Shown in pieces: positions 46,369-56,441 of a DNA stretch of 64,000 nt (positions within the stretch are counted from its first letter, which is position 1; the number at the start of each line of letters is the position of its first letter). The stretch spans positions 160,001-224,000 of the forward strand of contig JASGJH010000001.1 of assembly GCA_047601445.1 (NCBI GenBank), given 5' to 3'. This DNA comes from Myxococcales bacterium. Lineage in GTDB: Bacteria; Myxococcota_A; Polyangia; Polyangiales; DASUME01. Position numbers and translations under genes: made by a program. Under the pieces are notes generated by a model, which saw only the letters and a list, made by a program, of their open reading frames with translations, was not told the origin of the DNA and made no database searches.

Positions 46369-48074
46369 GGTTGCCGCTCGCGCATCATGGAGCGCAGGAC
46401 GAGGTCTGCTTCGGCGGTGAGGGCGCGCGCACCTGCGCGCAGCTCCTGGCCTACGTCGACGCCCTTGCAGCGCGCTTGCCAGGCACGGTTTCGCAAGCCG
46501 GTGCGCGCGTGGTGCTCGCCTGCGAGGACCGCTATTTTTTCACGGCTGCCTTGCTCGCGGTGTGGCAGCGCGGGCTGACCGCCGCGTTGCCACCGAATGG
46601 ACAGGTGGAGACGGTTCGTGATCTACGCGCCATGCCAGGGGTGGTCGGGCTCCTGCACGATCGCGATGAAGACGAAGGACTCGACGTGCGCGGTCTCGAG
46701 CCCGACGCGGGTGATGTTGCGACGCTACGCCCCTACGCCGCTGGGCTCGCCGCACAGGACCCGGCGCTCGTGGTCTACACCTCGGGCAGCACGGGCCAAC
46801 CGACGCCGCACCTCAAGTCCCTGGCGCAGCTCCTGGCCGAACCTGCGATGTGGGTCGAGCACTTTGCGCTGGCTCGGCGTCGCGTGGTGAGCGCCGTGCC
46901 TGCACACCATATCTACGGGCTCTTGTTCGGTGTGCTCGCGCCGCTGCTCGGGGGCGGTGCCTTCTCGCGGCGCACGCCGGTGATGCCGGGCGAGGTGCTG
47001 CGTGAGCTTGGCGAAGCCAGGGCCCAGGTCCTGGTTGCGGTACCACCCCATTTGCGCGCGCTTTCGGCGTTCGAATGGCCCGCCCTCGAGCGCGTGTTCT
47101 CTTCGGCTGCGCCGCTGCCTGAAGCGACCGACGCGGCCCTGCTGGCCCGCGGCATCCGCGCGACCCAGGTGCTCGGATCCACCGAGACGGGCGGCATCGG
47201 CGTGCGCACGAGCTGCGCCGAGCTGTGGCGGGCGCTGCCAGGCGTGCAGCTCGAGGTCGATGACGGTGGAGCCCTGCACGTGCGCTCGCCCTGGGCCAGC
47301 GCCGAGGGCAAGACCGTGCCCACGGCGGATCGGGTCGAGCTGCGAGAGGCAGGCTTCGCGCACCTGGGGCGTACGGACAGCGTGGTAAAGGTGGGTGGGA
47401 AGCGCGTAGATTTGCGAGAAGTAGAGCTGCGGCTGTGCGCCATTCCCGGCGTGACGGACGCGCGGGTGCTGGAGGCAGGGACGCCGTCGCCGCGTGGGTC
47501 CGAGCTTTGGGCCGTGGTGGAGTGCGAGCGACCCGAGCAGCACTCGGCGCAGGGCATCAAGCAAACGCTGGGAGCGCACCTGGACTCGGTGGTCGTGCCG
47601 CGGAGGTTTCGGCTGGTGTCGGCGCTGCCGCGCGGCGCCTCGGGGAAGGTTACGCGGGCCGACTTGCTGGCTTTGTTCGAGACCTGGCACATCCCGGTGG
47701 AGGAGCTGCCCGAGGGCCGCTACCGCGCGCCCATCACGGCGGAATTGGGCTGGTTTCGCGGGCATTTCACCGGCCAGCCCATCCTCGCGGGCGTGGTGCA
47801 GATCCAGCGCATCGCCCTCAAGCAAGCCCGCAAGCGTTGGCCGGACCTCGGCGCCGTGGAGCGCGTGACCCGCGTGAAGTTCAAGCACCTGGTGAAGCCG
47901 GGCGAGGTGCTGATCCTGAGCCTTGCGCGCAAGGGCCACGGCCAGGTGACCTTTCAACTGACCACGGAGGCGAGCGCCACGAGCGCGGAGCAGCCGGTGT
48001 CCTCGGGTGTGCTTCACTTTCGCGATCCCTCGCAGCAGAGTACGGATGCGCCCGAAACGAGGAGTGTCCCATGA
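46365..48074 (+). CDS. AMP-dependent acyl-ACP/CoA synthetase fused to hotdog dehydratase
   Basis: YTSGSTG, HHIYGLLF, GSTETGG, GRTD; C-terminal FRGHFTGQPILAGVVQ. Confidence 0.9.
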   Translation: MRLPLAHHGAQDEVCFGGEGARTCAQLLAYVDALAARLPGTVSQAGARVVLACEDRYFFTAALLAVWQRGLTAALPPNGQVETVRDLRAMPGVVGLLHDRDEDEGLDVRGLEPDAGDVATLRPYAAGLAAQDPALVVYTSGSTGQPTPHLKSLAQLLAEPAMWVEHFALARRRVVSAVPAHHIYGLLFGVLAPLLGGGAFSRRTPVMPGEVLRELGEARAQVLVAVPPHLRALSAFEWPALERVFSSAAPLPEATDAALLARGIRATQVLGSTETGGIGVRTSCAELWRALPGVQLEVDDGGALHVRSPWASAEGKTVPTADRVELREAGFAHLGRTDSVVKVGGKRVDLREVELRLCAIPGVTDARVLEAGTPSPRGSELWAVVECERPEQHSAQGIKQTLGAHLDSVVVPRRFRLVSALPRGASGKVTRADLLALFETWHIPVEELPEGRYRAPITAELGWFRGHFTGQPILAGVVQIQRIALKQARKRWPDLGAVERVTRVKFKHLVKPGEVLILSLARKGHGQVTFQLTTEASATSAEQPVSSGVLHFRDPSQQSTDAPETRSVP

Positions 48075-49603
48075 GTGAACGGGGAGAGCTGTGCCTGGGT
48101 GAGGAGCCGCTGCGAATCGAGCACGTGGCTCGGGCGGCTCAGGGCACGCTGCACGTGCACGTGTCGAAGCGCGGTGAGTTTCGGCACCGCATCGAGAAGG
48201 GCGCGCGCATCATCGAGCAGCGGCTCGAGCGTGGCGTGCCGACCTACGGCGTGAACACCGGCTTCGGGGCTTCGGTGAAGAACGCGGTGCCGGGCGCCCA
48301 GGCCTGGCTGCTGTCGCGCAACCTACCGCGCTATCACGGTTGCGGGGTGGGCCCGCTGTACAGCGAAGAGCAGTCGCGGGCCATCGTGTTGGTGCGCCTG
48401 GCCTCGCTGTGCGCAGGGTACTCGGGCGTGCGTCATCTGGTGCTCGAGCGGCTCGAGAAGCTGCTTCAGGCCTCGGTGGTGCCCGCCATTCCTTCGCGCG
48501 GCTCGGTCGGCGCGAGCGGGGACCTTACGCCGCTCTCCTACGTGGCCGCGCTGCTCACCGGCGAGCGCGACGCGTGGTATGAAGGGCAGGTCATCCCGGC
48601 CAGCGTGGCGCTCCAGAAGCTCGGCCTTGCGCCCATCGAGCTCGGTCCGAAGGAGAGCCTGGCCATCATGAATGGGACGTCCGTGATGGGCGCCCTGACC
48701 TGCCTCGCCTTCGACCGCGCCCAGAAGCTGGCCCGCACGGCCTCGGCGCTCACGGCGATGGCGCTCGAGGCCATCGGCGGCCAGCGCGCGCACTTCGATG
48801 CCCGCCTGTTCAAGGCCAAGGCCCACCCGGGGCAGATCCGCTGCGCCAGCTGGATCCGCGAGATTCTGAACGAGGGTGAGGTGCCGAGGTCGCGCGAGGG
48901 GCGCATTCAGGAGCGCTACTCCATCCGCTGCGCTCCCCATGTGATTGGGGCCCTGGTGGACGCGCTCGAGTTCTCGCGCGGCGTGCTCGAGACCGAGATC
49001 AACGGCGCCAGCGATAATCCCCTGGTGGATCCGGATACGGGCGACGTGCTCCATGGCGGCAACTTCTACGGCGGCCACGTGGCCATGGTGGCCGACACCC
49101 TCAAGGTGCAGGTGGCCAATCTGGCCGATTTGATGGAGCGCCAGCTGGTGTTGCTGAACGACCCCGGGCACAACGGCGGACTGCCCGAGAACCTGATCGC
49201 CGTGCGCGGCGAGGAGGCGCGTTCGCACCACGGCTTCAAGGCCATGGAGATCACCGCCAGCGCGCTCACCGCCGAGGCGCTGAAGCTGAGCATGCCCGCC
49301 AGCGTGTTCAGTCGCAGCACCGAGAACCACAACCAGGACAAGGTGAGCATGGGCTCCATCTCCGCCTTCGACTTCGAGCGCGCGGTGGAGCTGGTGGAGA
49401 GCGTGGCCGCAGTACACGCTATCGCCTGCGCCCAGGGCGTGGAGCTGCGCGGCGTGCCGCAGGTGGCGCCGCGCGTGCAGGCCTTGCATGCGGCGGTGCG
49501 CTCCAAGGTGGAGCTCACGTTGGAAGACCGTCCCATGGACCGTGACATTGAAGCGGTCACCGAGATGGTGCGTCGTGGCGCCCTGTGGGGCGGAGAGACC
49601 TGA
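48071..49603 (+). CDS. Aromatic amino-acid ammonia-lyase (HAL/PAL/TAL family)
   Basis: YGVNTGFG, MIO motif SVGASGDL, KESLAIMNGT, HGGNFYG, HNQDKVSMG. Confidence 0.95.
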   Translation: MSERGELCLGEEPLRIEHVARAAQGTLHVHVSKRGEFRHRIEKGARIIEQRLERGVPTYGVNTGFGASVKNAVPGAQAWLLSRNLPRYHGCGVGPLYSEEQSRAIVLVRLASLCAGYSGVRHLVLERLEKLLQASVVPAIPSRGSVGASGDLTPLSYVAALLTGERDAWYEGQVIPASVALQKLGLAPIELGPKESLAIMNGTSVMGALTCLAFDRAQKLARTASALTAMALEAIGGQRAHFDARLFKAKAHPGQIRCASWIREILNEGEVPRSREGRIQERYSIRCAPHVIGALVDALEFSRGVLETEINGASDNPLVDPDTGDVLHGGNFYGGHVAMVADTLKVQVANLADLMERQLVLLNDPGHNGGLPENLIAVRGEEARSHHGFKAMEITASALTAEALKLSMPASVFSRSTENHNQDKVSMGSISAFDFERAVELVESVAAVHAIACAQGVELRGVPQVAPRVQALHAAVRSKVELTLEDRPMDRDIEAVTEMVRRGALWGGET

Positions 49604-50250
49604 TGATGCGACGCGCGGCGGTGATCTTGGGGGTGCTGGGGGTGCTCGCGTCGCTGACGTTCGGCGTGGTCCGAGCCCAGAACACGCAGCGCGCCATGCT
49701 CGACGACCTGCTCGCGCGCTTCGCCAAGGTGCAGTCGCTCAAGGCCCAGTTCAAGGAAGAGAAGTACATGGCGCTCCTGGCCGTGCCCTTGCGCAGTCAG
49801 GGCACGCTCTACTACGCCAAGCCGCGCCTGCTCGCGCGCCATACGCACAGCCCGCAGAAGTCGAGCCTGGTGTTGCGCGGGGACAAGCTCTCCTTCGGCG
49901 ATGCCAAGCACCAGGAGAGCATGGAGCTCGCCTCGCAGCCGGCCGTGCGCGTGTTGGTGGATACCTTCGTGAGCGTGCTCTCGGGCGACGGCGCCGCGCT
50001 CGCCAAGCTGGCGACGCTCGAGGTGGAGGAGTTGGCGGAGGGCGCCTTCCAGATCAAGGTGACACCCAAGGACCCGGGCGTACTCAAGATCGTGCGCAGC
50101 ATGAGCTTCACGGGCAAGGGAGCCGAGCTGTCCAAGATGGAGCTGCTCGACGCCAACGGGGACCGCACCGTGACCACCTTCAGCGAGCTGCAGCTGGGGC
50201 AGAAGCTGAGCGACGCCGAAGTGGCGCGCGTCTTCCGCATCGGAGGCTGA
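49603..50250 (+). CDS. LolA-like outer-membrane carrier protein
   Basis: Signal peptide, AQFKEEKYMALLAVPLRSQG, NGDRTVTTF. Confidence 0.85.
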   Translation: MMRRAAVILGVLGVLASLTFGVVRAQNTQRAMLDDLLARFAKVQSLKAQFKEEKYMALLAVPLRSQGTLYYAKPRLLARHTHSPQKSSLVLRGDKLSFGDAKHQESMELASQPAVRVLVDTFVSVLSGDGAALAKLATLEVEELAEGAFQIKVTPKDPGVLKIVRSMSFTGKGAELSKMELLDANGDRTVTTFSELQLGQKLSDAEVARVFRIGG

Positions 50251-50251
50251 G

Positions 50252-52576
50252 GTGCGCTACGCCGCCTTCCTCGTCGCGGCGCTGGCCTGCCTGGCAATCG
50301 CCGTGTTCGGGCTCGAGGTCCGCACATCGATCACCGAATTCTTGCCGCGCGACAACCGCTCGAAGCTACTCGAGCTGGCGCGGGAGCTCTCCAATGCGCC
50401 GCAATCGCGGCTGGTGGTGATCACCGTGGGGGGCGCTTCCAGCGAGGGCTCCACACGCACGCAGAGGGCCGCGCAGCTCCGTGAGAAGCTCGAGCGTAGT
50501 GGGCTGTTCGAGTGGGTACGCGGCAGTGTGGCCAGCTCCGATCAAGAGGAAGCCTATGCGCTGTTCTATCCGGCCCGCCTCGGCCTCGCGCAGCTCCCGG
50601 GCACCACGGGACCGGTTCCGAGCAGCTGGCTAAGCGAGCGTATCCGGGCGCTCAAGGACCGCTTGGCTTCGCCGCTCGGCATGCTCGAGCGGCGCCTGGC
50701 GCCGGGGGACCCGTTGGGGCTCTTCGTGGAGTACCTGCAGCGTCAGCAGGGCGCACGCGGCAGCCTACGGGTGGAGGACGGACAACTGGTCACGGCGGAC
50801 GGGCACTGGTCGGTGTTGTTCGCAGCGACCCGCGCGCCGGCCTTCGACAGCGCGGCCCAGCGCGGCGTGGCCACGCTGCTCACGCACGAGCTGGCGACGC
50901 TCGAGCGCGCCGGCATCCAGGGCGAGTGGATCGGCGTGAACCGCTTTGCCCTCGAGGGCGAACGCTCGGTGAAGGGGGACATCGAGCGCATCTCCAGCCT
51001 GTCGCTGATCGGGATCTTCCTGCTGTACTGGTTGATCTTCCGCTCGCTGCGCGAACCGCTCCTCGTGCTTCTGCCCATCAGCTTCGGTTGCTTGCTCGCG
51101 GTGGCCGTGTGCCAGCTGTGCTTCGGCTTCGTGCACGGACTCACGCTGGCCTTCGGCTCCTCCATCATCGGCGTGGCCGAGGACTATTCGACGCACTTCT
51201 TCAGTCATCGCATCGCCGTGGGCAGCACGGAAGACAACGAGTCGCTGATGCGGCGGCTATGGCCGGGCATGTGGATGGGCGGGCTCACCACCATGGCGGG
51301 CATCGCCGCGCTCGGCGTCTCGGGCTTCCCGGGCTTGATTCAGATGGCGCTGTTCGGCGTGGTCGGCGTGCTCGGGGCGCTCCTGTGCACGCGCTACGTG
51401 CTGCCCGGGCTCTCGCGTAGGCGCGGGCGCGAGCAGCAGGGCAAGCTCGGCGCACTGGGCGAGCGGTTGGTGAAGGCGCTCTCGATTCGCCCGCTGAGCG
51501 CGTTGTGGTTCGTCGTGCCCGCGGTGTTGGTCACCGTGGTCGGCGTGCCGCGCGCGAGCTTTCGGGATGGACTCTCGAGCCTGCGCACGCCCACCGAAGC
51601 GTTGGACGCCGAGAACAAGCGCATCCAGGCGCGCCTCGGTCGCGGTGCGGGCGGGCGCATGGTGGTGGCGCTCGGCGGGACGGACCAGGAGGCCCTGGAG
51701 CGCGCCGAAGAGGCCCAGCGGCTGCTCGAGCGGGCCGGCGAGAAGGGGTTGATCGCGAGCTTTCGCGGACCGAGCGGGCTGATGCCTTCGGAGACGACGC
51801 AGCGTCTCGCACGCAGCCGCTTCGCGAACGACCCGGAGTTCACCGCGCGCCTCGACGCAGTGCTCACTGGAGAGGGCTTCGTGGCCGCCGCCTTCCAGCC
51901 CTTCTTGGACGAAGTGAGCCGCCGCGATCCCGTCTTCCTCACGCCCGAGCAGGTGCTGTCCTCCAAGCTCTCGGACCTGCTCTTGCCCTTCCGCGCCAAG
52001 CTGCCGAGTGGCATCGCGTACCTGACCCAGGTCGACACCGTGCGTTCCGCCGAACTCAGCGGTCTGTTCGCAGACGAGCCCGGGCTCTTCTACGTGGATC
52101 AGGAGGCGCTCTTCAGCCAGGCCTATGGCGAGTTCCGCGCGCGTACGCTGTGGCTCGTCGTGTCTGGGCTCGGGCTCGTGCTCTTGACGCTGTGGCTGCG
52201 CTATCGCGATCTCAAGCTGTGCTTGCTCGGAATGGTGCCTGCGGTGCTCGGTGCGGGGGCGGCGCTCGGCGCGCAGGGGTTGTGGGGGACGCCGCTGAAT
52301 CTGATGCACGTGATCGGGATGCTGCTGGTGTTGAGCATGGGCGTGGACTACGGCATCTATATGTTGGAGAGCCGGGAGAGCGTGGAGGAGGGTGTGGTGA
52401 CCCTGGGCAGCGTGCTGCTGGCGGCGCTCACCACGGTGCTCTCTTTCGGGCTGCTCGGTCTCAGCGAGAACCCGGCCCTGGCCGGCATCGGCATGACGGT
52501 GTCGCTCGGACTCGTGTTCACCGTGGTGATGAGCCCCGTGGTGTTGGTGTGGACGCAAGCCAAGAGGACCGCATGA
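50252..52576 (+). CDS. MMPL/RND family exporter
   Basis: Two TM clusters with large loops, GVAEDYSTH and MGVDYGIY. Confidence 0.9.
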   Translation: MRYAAFLVAALACLAIAVFGLEVRTSITEFLPRDNRSKLLELARELSNAPQSRLVVITVGGASSEGSTRTQRAAQLREKLERSGLFEWVRGSVASSDQEEAYALFYPARLGLAQLPGTTGPVPSSWLSERIRALKDRLASPLGMLERRLAPGDPLGLFVEYLQRQQGARGSLRVEDGQLVTADGHWSVLFAATRAPAFDSAAQRGVATLLTHELATLERAGIQGEWIGVNRFALEGERSVKGDIERISSLSLIGIFLLYWLIFRSLREPLLVLLPISFGCLLAVAVCQLCFGFVHGLTLAFGSSIIGVAEDYSTHFFSHRIAVGSTEDNESLMRRLWPGMWMGGLTTMAGIAALGVSGFPGLIQMALFGVVGVLGALLCTRYVLPGLSRRRGREQQGKLGALGERLVKALSIRPLSALWFVVPAVLVTVVGVPRASFRDGLSSLRTPTEALDAENKRIQARLGRGAGGRMVVALGGTDQEALERAEEAQRLLERAGEKGLIASFRGPSGLMPSETTQRLARSRFANDPEFTARLDAVLTGEGFVAAAFQPFLDEVSRRDPVFLTPEQVLSSKLSDLLLPFRAKLPSGIAYLTQVDTVRSAELSGLFADEPGLFYVDQEALFSQAYGEFRARTLWLVVSGLGLVLLTLWLRYRDLKLCLLGMVPAVLGAGAALGAQGLWGTPLNLMHVIGMLLVLSMGVDYGIYMLESRESVEEGVVTLGSVLLAALTTVLSFGLLGLSENPALAGIGMTVSLGLVFTVVMSPVVLVWTQAKRTA

Positions 52577-53196
52577 ACTTGCGACGAGGAGTGTTTGGGC
52601 TGTGGTTGTGCGGAGCGCTCGCGTGTGGCGGGGCGCGGCAGCCGAGTCCCAGCATGCCGGCGCGCGAGTACCCGGGATATCTCGCGCCGAGCGGGACGTT
52701 GGGGCGCCCCTTCGTGGTACAGCAGAGCTTGCGCGGGACCTACGGGGAGCACGACCTCTCGCTCGACGTGGTGGTGCAGCTGGCGAACGGCAAGCTCACA
52801 TTGGTGGGGCTCACGCCTTTCGGCTCACGGGCCTTCGTGCTCGAGCAAGTGGGAGAGCAGACTCACTTCGAGAAGTTCGTCGACCGCGAGATCCCGTTCG
52901 ATCCCAAGTACGTGCTCAACGACGTGCACCGCGTGTTCTTCCGCGGCCTTCCGAGCCCACAGCCCGACGGCGTGCACAGCGAGGAGCAGCACGGTGAGAA
53001 GGTCACGGAGACCTGGCGCGGAGGCTTGCTGGTGGAACGCCGCTTCGAGCGCCTGGACGGCGAGCCCAAGGGGGCGGTGATCGCGCGCTTCTCGGGGGCT
53101 GCGGCGCCGGTGATCGCGCCCGAGGTGAAGCTCGAGAACCAGTGGTTCGGCTACAGCATCGACATCGAGAGCAGCGACCAGAGCTTTTTGGAGTAG
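52573..53196 (+). CDS. DUF3261-like lipoprotein
   Basis: Lipobox ALAC, LTLVGLTPFGSRAF, YVLNDV. Confidence 0.75.
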   Translation: MNLRRGVFGLWLCGALACGGARQPSPSMPAREYPGYLAPSGTLGRPFVVQQSLRGTYGEHDLSLDVVVQLANGKLTLVGLTPFGSRAFVLEQVGEQTHFEKFVDREIPFDPKYVLNDVHRVFFRGLPSPQPDGVHSEEQHGEKVTETWRGGLLVERRFERLDGEPKGAVIARFSGAAAPVIAPEVKLENQWFGYSIDIESSDQSFLE

Positions 53197-53209
53197 GTCG
53201 GCGGACGCT

Positions 53210-54022
53210 TCAATCGCGCTTGCTGAGCACCCAGAGCGCATCGTCGAGTACGTAGTAGGGAGCCTTGGAGTCGCCGCGGCTGAGGTAGGGCACACGGGCG
53301 ATGCGCTCGATGTCGAAGCCCTGTTCCTCGAGGAAGGCGCTCATCTCCACGAGCGAGAGCTTGAAGCTATCCTCGCTGATGGGCAGGCGTTCCTGGGGCG
53401 ACACGGTGGCACCTGCGACGTGCACATGGGGACGCACGGGGAGGGGCAGGGCGAGCACCAGACGAGCGCCCGGTGCGAGCATGGCGCGCAACGCTGCGAG
53501 CAGCGAGATGGGGCGTCGCGTGCGATCGAGCACGTTGAGGCAGCTGATCACGTCGAAGGGACCATGCTCGGGTAGCGGGACCTCGAGCAGGTCGTGCGCG
53601 TGCACCCGGAAGCCGCGTTCGCCCAGGCGCTTGGCCAGGGGACGCGAGGTCTCCGTGCAGGTGATGTGCTGGAACCAAGGCTTGGCGTGTTCGGTGACGT
53701 AGCCGGCGCCCGCGCCCACATCGAGCAGGGCCCTGCGTGCACCACCGGTGAGCGAGCCCCACTGGGCCTCGGACAACAGGTGCATCGCGTAGGTGGCCGT
53801 GAGCCCGTGGGCATCGTAGGCGCTCATGAAGCGCGTCAGCTGCGAGACGAGCCAGGTCTCCACCATGCTGTGGGGACGCGCCGCGACCTCGGCGAGCCAG
53901 GCCTGGGTGCCGGCGTCTGCCGCCAACGGCACGAACTTCTCGGCGTACTTACCGAGTGCCCGCCGCTCGACCTCGTAGTGGAGTTCAGGACCTTCGCCGG
54001 CCGTCCAAGACTGAGCGCTCAT
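53210..54022 (-). CDS. METTL9/DREV-like SAM-dependent methyltransferase
   Basis: MHLLSEAQW, LLDVGAGAG, TETS, FDVISCLNVLDR, VPYLSRGD...YYVLDDALWVL; ATG overlaps upstream stop. Confidence 0.8.
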   Translation of the reverse strand: MSAQSWTAGEGPELHYEVERRALGKYAEKFVPLAADAGTQAWLAEVAARPHSMVETWLVSQLTRFMSAYDAHGLTATYAMHLLSEAQWGSLTGGARRALLDVGAGAGYVTEHAKPWFQHITCTETSRPLAKRLGERGFRVHAHDLLEVPLPEHGPFDVISCLNVLDRTRRPISLLAALRAMLAPGARLVLALPLPVRPHVHVAGATVSPQERLPISEDSFKLSLVEMSAFLEEQGFDIERIARVPYLSRGDSKAPYYVLDDALWVLSKRD

Positions 54023-55221
54023 TCCGCTGCGTACGGCTCGAAGCGGCGGCGCTTGCTGGCGAGCAACATCTTCTGGAATGGGTTGTCGTCGCGCCAGCAG
54101 TCGCCTGCCAGCGTGCTGATGAGGCCCTTGCGCAGCATGGGCTCGGGCTCTCGCGCGAAGAAGATGTGCTGCACGATGTTGGTCTGGTAGAAGGCGCCCA
54201 CCAGGCTGCCGAAGGCCGTGTAGGCCACCGCCATGTGCTCCGACACCGGTCGCGTGAGCTCCGGGTCGTTCTCGCGGCCCTCGCGCAGGGCGGGCCCCAG
54301 GATGTCCGCGAACTTCTCGCCGCCCAGCATGGCGAGCGATACGCCCGACGAGAACACCGGGTCCAGGAACAGCGCCGCGTCGCCCAGGCAAGCCCAGCGC
54401 GGTCCACGCGTCTTCACGTTGCGGTAGCTGAAGTTGCGGATGATGCGCAGCTCGGTCTTGTGGCAACCGGCGGTGAGGCGCTGCAGCATGGGCGAGGCTG
54501 CGTAGGTGTCCTCGAACAACTGGTTGCTGATGCCTTGCTTGCGGGAGACCACGCCCACGCTCACGCGCTTGCCGGCCAGCGGGATCACCCAGACCCAGCC
54601 CTGGTCCACGATCAGCACGCGGATGTTGCCCACGTGCTCGTTCGCGAGCTCGTTCCAGACCTCGTCGGAGAGGCCGTCGAAGTGACGGAACACGGCGGCC
54701 AGGCCGAAGTCCTCGATGCGGCGCATCGACTTCTCGCGGTGCGCGAGCAGCGCATCCTGACCCGTGGCATCGATCACGAAGCGTGCCTTGAGCTCCCCCT
54801 GGCTGGTCTCCAGCGTGACGCTGTCTTCGCCCGGGATCATCTGGCTCGCACGCACGCCGGTGCGCACCTCGCATCCCGCGTTGATGGCGCTGTCGAGTAC
54901 GGCTTTGTCGAACTTGGCGCGCTCCACCTGGTACGCGTAGCCGGGTGTGCCGTCGAGGCCATCCTTGAAGAGGTACTGAGCGTAGTCGCCCGTGCGCTCG
55001 TCGTAGAACTCGGCGCCACCCTTGTACAGGAAACCCAGGGCCTTCATGTCCATGCCGAGGCGCTCGAACAGCGGCAGGTCGCAGGGCAACAGCGATTCGC
55101 CGATGTGGAAGCGCGGGAACTCGTCCTTGTCGATCAGCAAGACGTCCACGCCCTGACGGGCCAACAGCGCTCCCGCGGTGGCCCCACCGGGGCCGGCACC
55201 GATGATGATGACGTCTTTCAT
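54019..55221 (-). CDS. FAD-dependent oxidoreductase, halogenase-like family
   Basis: GAGPGG, FPRFHIGESLLP, WVWVIP, GDAALFLDPVFSSG. Confidence 0.9.
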   Translation of the reverse strand: MKDVIIIGAGPGGATAGALLARQGVDVLLIDKDEFPRFHIGESLLPCDLPLFERLGMDMKALGFLYKGGAEFYDERTGDYAQYLFKDGLDGTPGYAYQVERAKFDKAVLDSAINAGCEVRTGVRASQMIPGEDSVTLETSQGELKARFVIDATGQDALLAHREKSMRRIEDFGLAAVFRHFDGLSDEVWNELANEHVGNIRVLIVDQGWVWVIPLAGKRVSVGVVSRKQGISNQLFEDTYAASPMLQRLTAGCHKTELRIIRNFSYRNVKTRGPRWACLGDAALFLDPVFSSGVSLAMLGGEKFADILGPALREGRENDPELTRPVSEHMAVAYTAFGSLVGAFYQTNIVQHIFFAREPEPMLRKGLISTLAGDCWRDDNPFQKMLLASKRRRFEPYAAE

Positions 55222-56441
55222 ACCGCTCCAAAGATCAGCGAGGTGTTCATGCCACCGAACGCGAAGTTGTTGCTCATGGTGATGCGCGGCTTGGCGTCGC
55301 GCGGTTCCTTGCCCACGTAGTTGAGGGGCGCGCAGCGCGAGTCGACCTCGTCGAGCGTGCGGTTGGGCGCCACCCAGTTCTCGCGCATCATGGCGACGCA
55401 GAAGGCCGCCTCGATGGAGCCGCAGGCGCCCAACGTGTGGCCGGTGAAGCTCTTGGTGGAGCTGATGGGCACCGTCGTGCCGAGCGTGCGCGCGGTAGCC
55501 AGGCTCTCCGCGATGTCGCCGACCTCGGTGGCCGTCGCGTGCGCGTTCACGTAGTCGATGCGATCGGGGGAGAGCTGTGCGTCGGCCAGCGCGAGCTGCA
55601 TCGCGCCCGCCATGCCGTGGGCTGACGGGTTGGTGACGTGGGTGCCGTCGCAGTTGGTGCCGTAGCCGAGGATCTCGGCGTGGATGAAGGCGCCGCGGGC
55701 CTTGGCGCGCTCGTAGCTCTCGAGCACGAAGGTGCCCGCGCCCTCGCCGATCACCAGGCCGTCACGGTCCTTGTCGAAGGGACGCGGCGTAAGGTCGGGC
55801 GTGTCGTTGCGCCGCGTGGTGGCGTACATGATGTCGAAGATGGCCGTGTGGCTGTAGTGCAACTCTTCGGCGCCGCCCACGATCATCACGTCCTGCACGC
55901 CCGCGCGGATGGTCTCGTAACCCGCGCCCACCGCCTGGCTGGCGCTCACGCAGGCCGAGCACGTGGAGATCACGCGGCCGGTGATGCCGTAGTAGATGGC
56001 CAGGTTGGCCGCCGTGGTGTGGCTCATGAACTTGATGTATTCGGTGGACTGGATGCCCTGGATGCCCCGGTGCACGAAGAGCTTCCGACTCCACTCCTCG
56101 TTGGCTGCCGATGAGCCGTTGGTGCTGCCGTAGGCCACGCCTGTGCGACCGTTGGCCAGCACTTCCTCCGAGATGCCCGCGTCCGCGATGGCCTGCTCCG
56201 TGGCGTACAAACTCAGGAGCGAGACCCGACCCATGGTGCGCGTTTTCTTGCGCGGGTAGTTCAACGCGAGGTTGGTGATGGGGGCCGAGAGCCGCGTCTG
56301 CATGTGCGCGATCTCGGCGAGCTCGGGCGTGATGGCGATGCCATGCCGGTTCTCGCGCAGCGAGCTCGAGACCTCGCGCATGCTGTTTCCGATCGGGGTT
56401 GCGAGCCCGATGCCCGTGATGACCACACGCGTACGACTCAT
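55218..56441 (-). CDS. Beta-ketoacyl-ACP synthase (FabB/F-like)
   Basis: SACVS catalytic Cys, NAHATAT, TGHTLGACG, NNFAFGG. Confidence 0.95.
   Translation of the reverse strand: MSRTRVVITGIGLATPIGNSMREVSSSLRENRHGIAITPELAEIAHMQTRLSAPITNLALNYPRKKTRTMGRVSLLSLYATEQAIADAGISEEVLANGRTGVAYGSTNGSSAANEEWSRKLFVHRGIQGIQSTEYIKFMSHTTAANLAIYYGITGRVISTCSACVSASQAVGAGYETIRAGVQDVMIVGGAEELHYSHTAIFDIMYATTRRNDTPDLTPRPFDKDRDGLVIGEGAGTFVLESYERAKARGAFIHAEILGYGTNCDGTHVTNPSAHGMAGAMQLALADAQLSPDRIDYVNAHATATEVGDIAESLATARTLGTTVPISSTKSFTGHTLGACGSIEAAFCVAMMRENWVAPNRTLDEVDSRCAPLNYVGKEPRDAKPRITMSNNFAFGGMNTSLIFGAV

Noticed and set aside
47435..48070. N-terminal extension of the ammonia-lyase ORF (similar extensions at 46134 and 51505)
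   Set aside because: Off-frame overlap with upstream genes; true starts overlap upstream stops
54019..55221. Firm call as a halogenase
   Set aside because: WxWxIP motif is shared with non-halogenating relatives in such clusters; activity cannot be read from sequence
53210..55231. 673-aa ORF as a fusion protein
   Set aside because: First ~400 aa are an off-frame reading of the flavoenzyme gene; real start is ATG 54022
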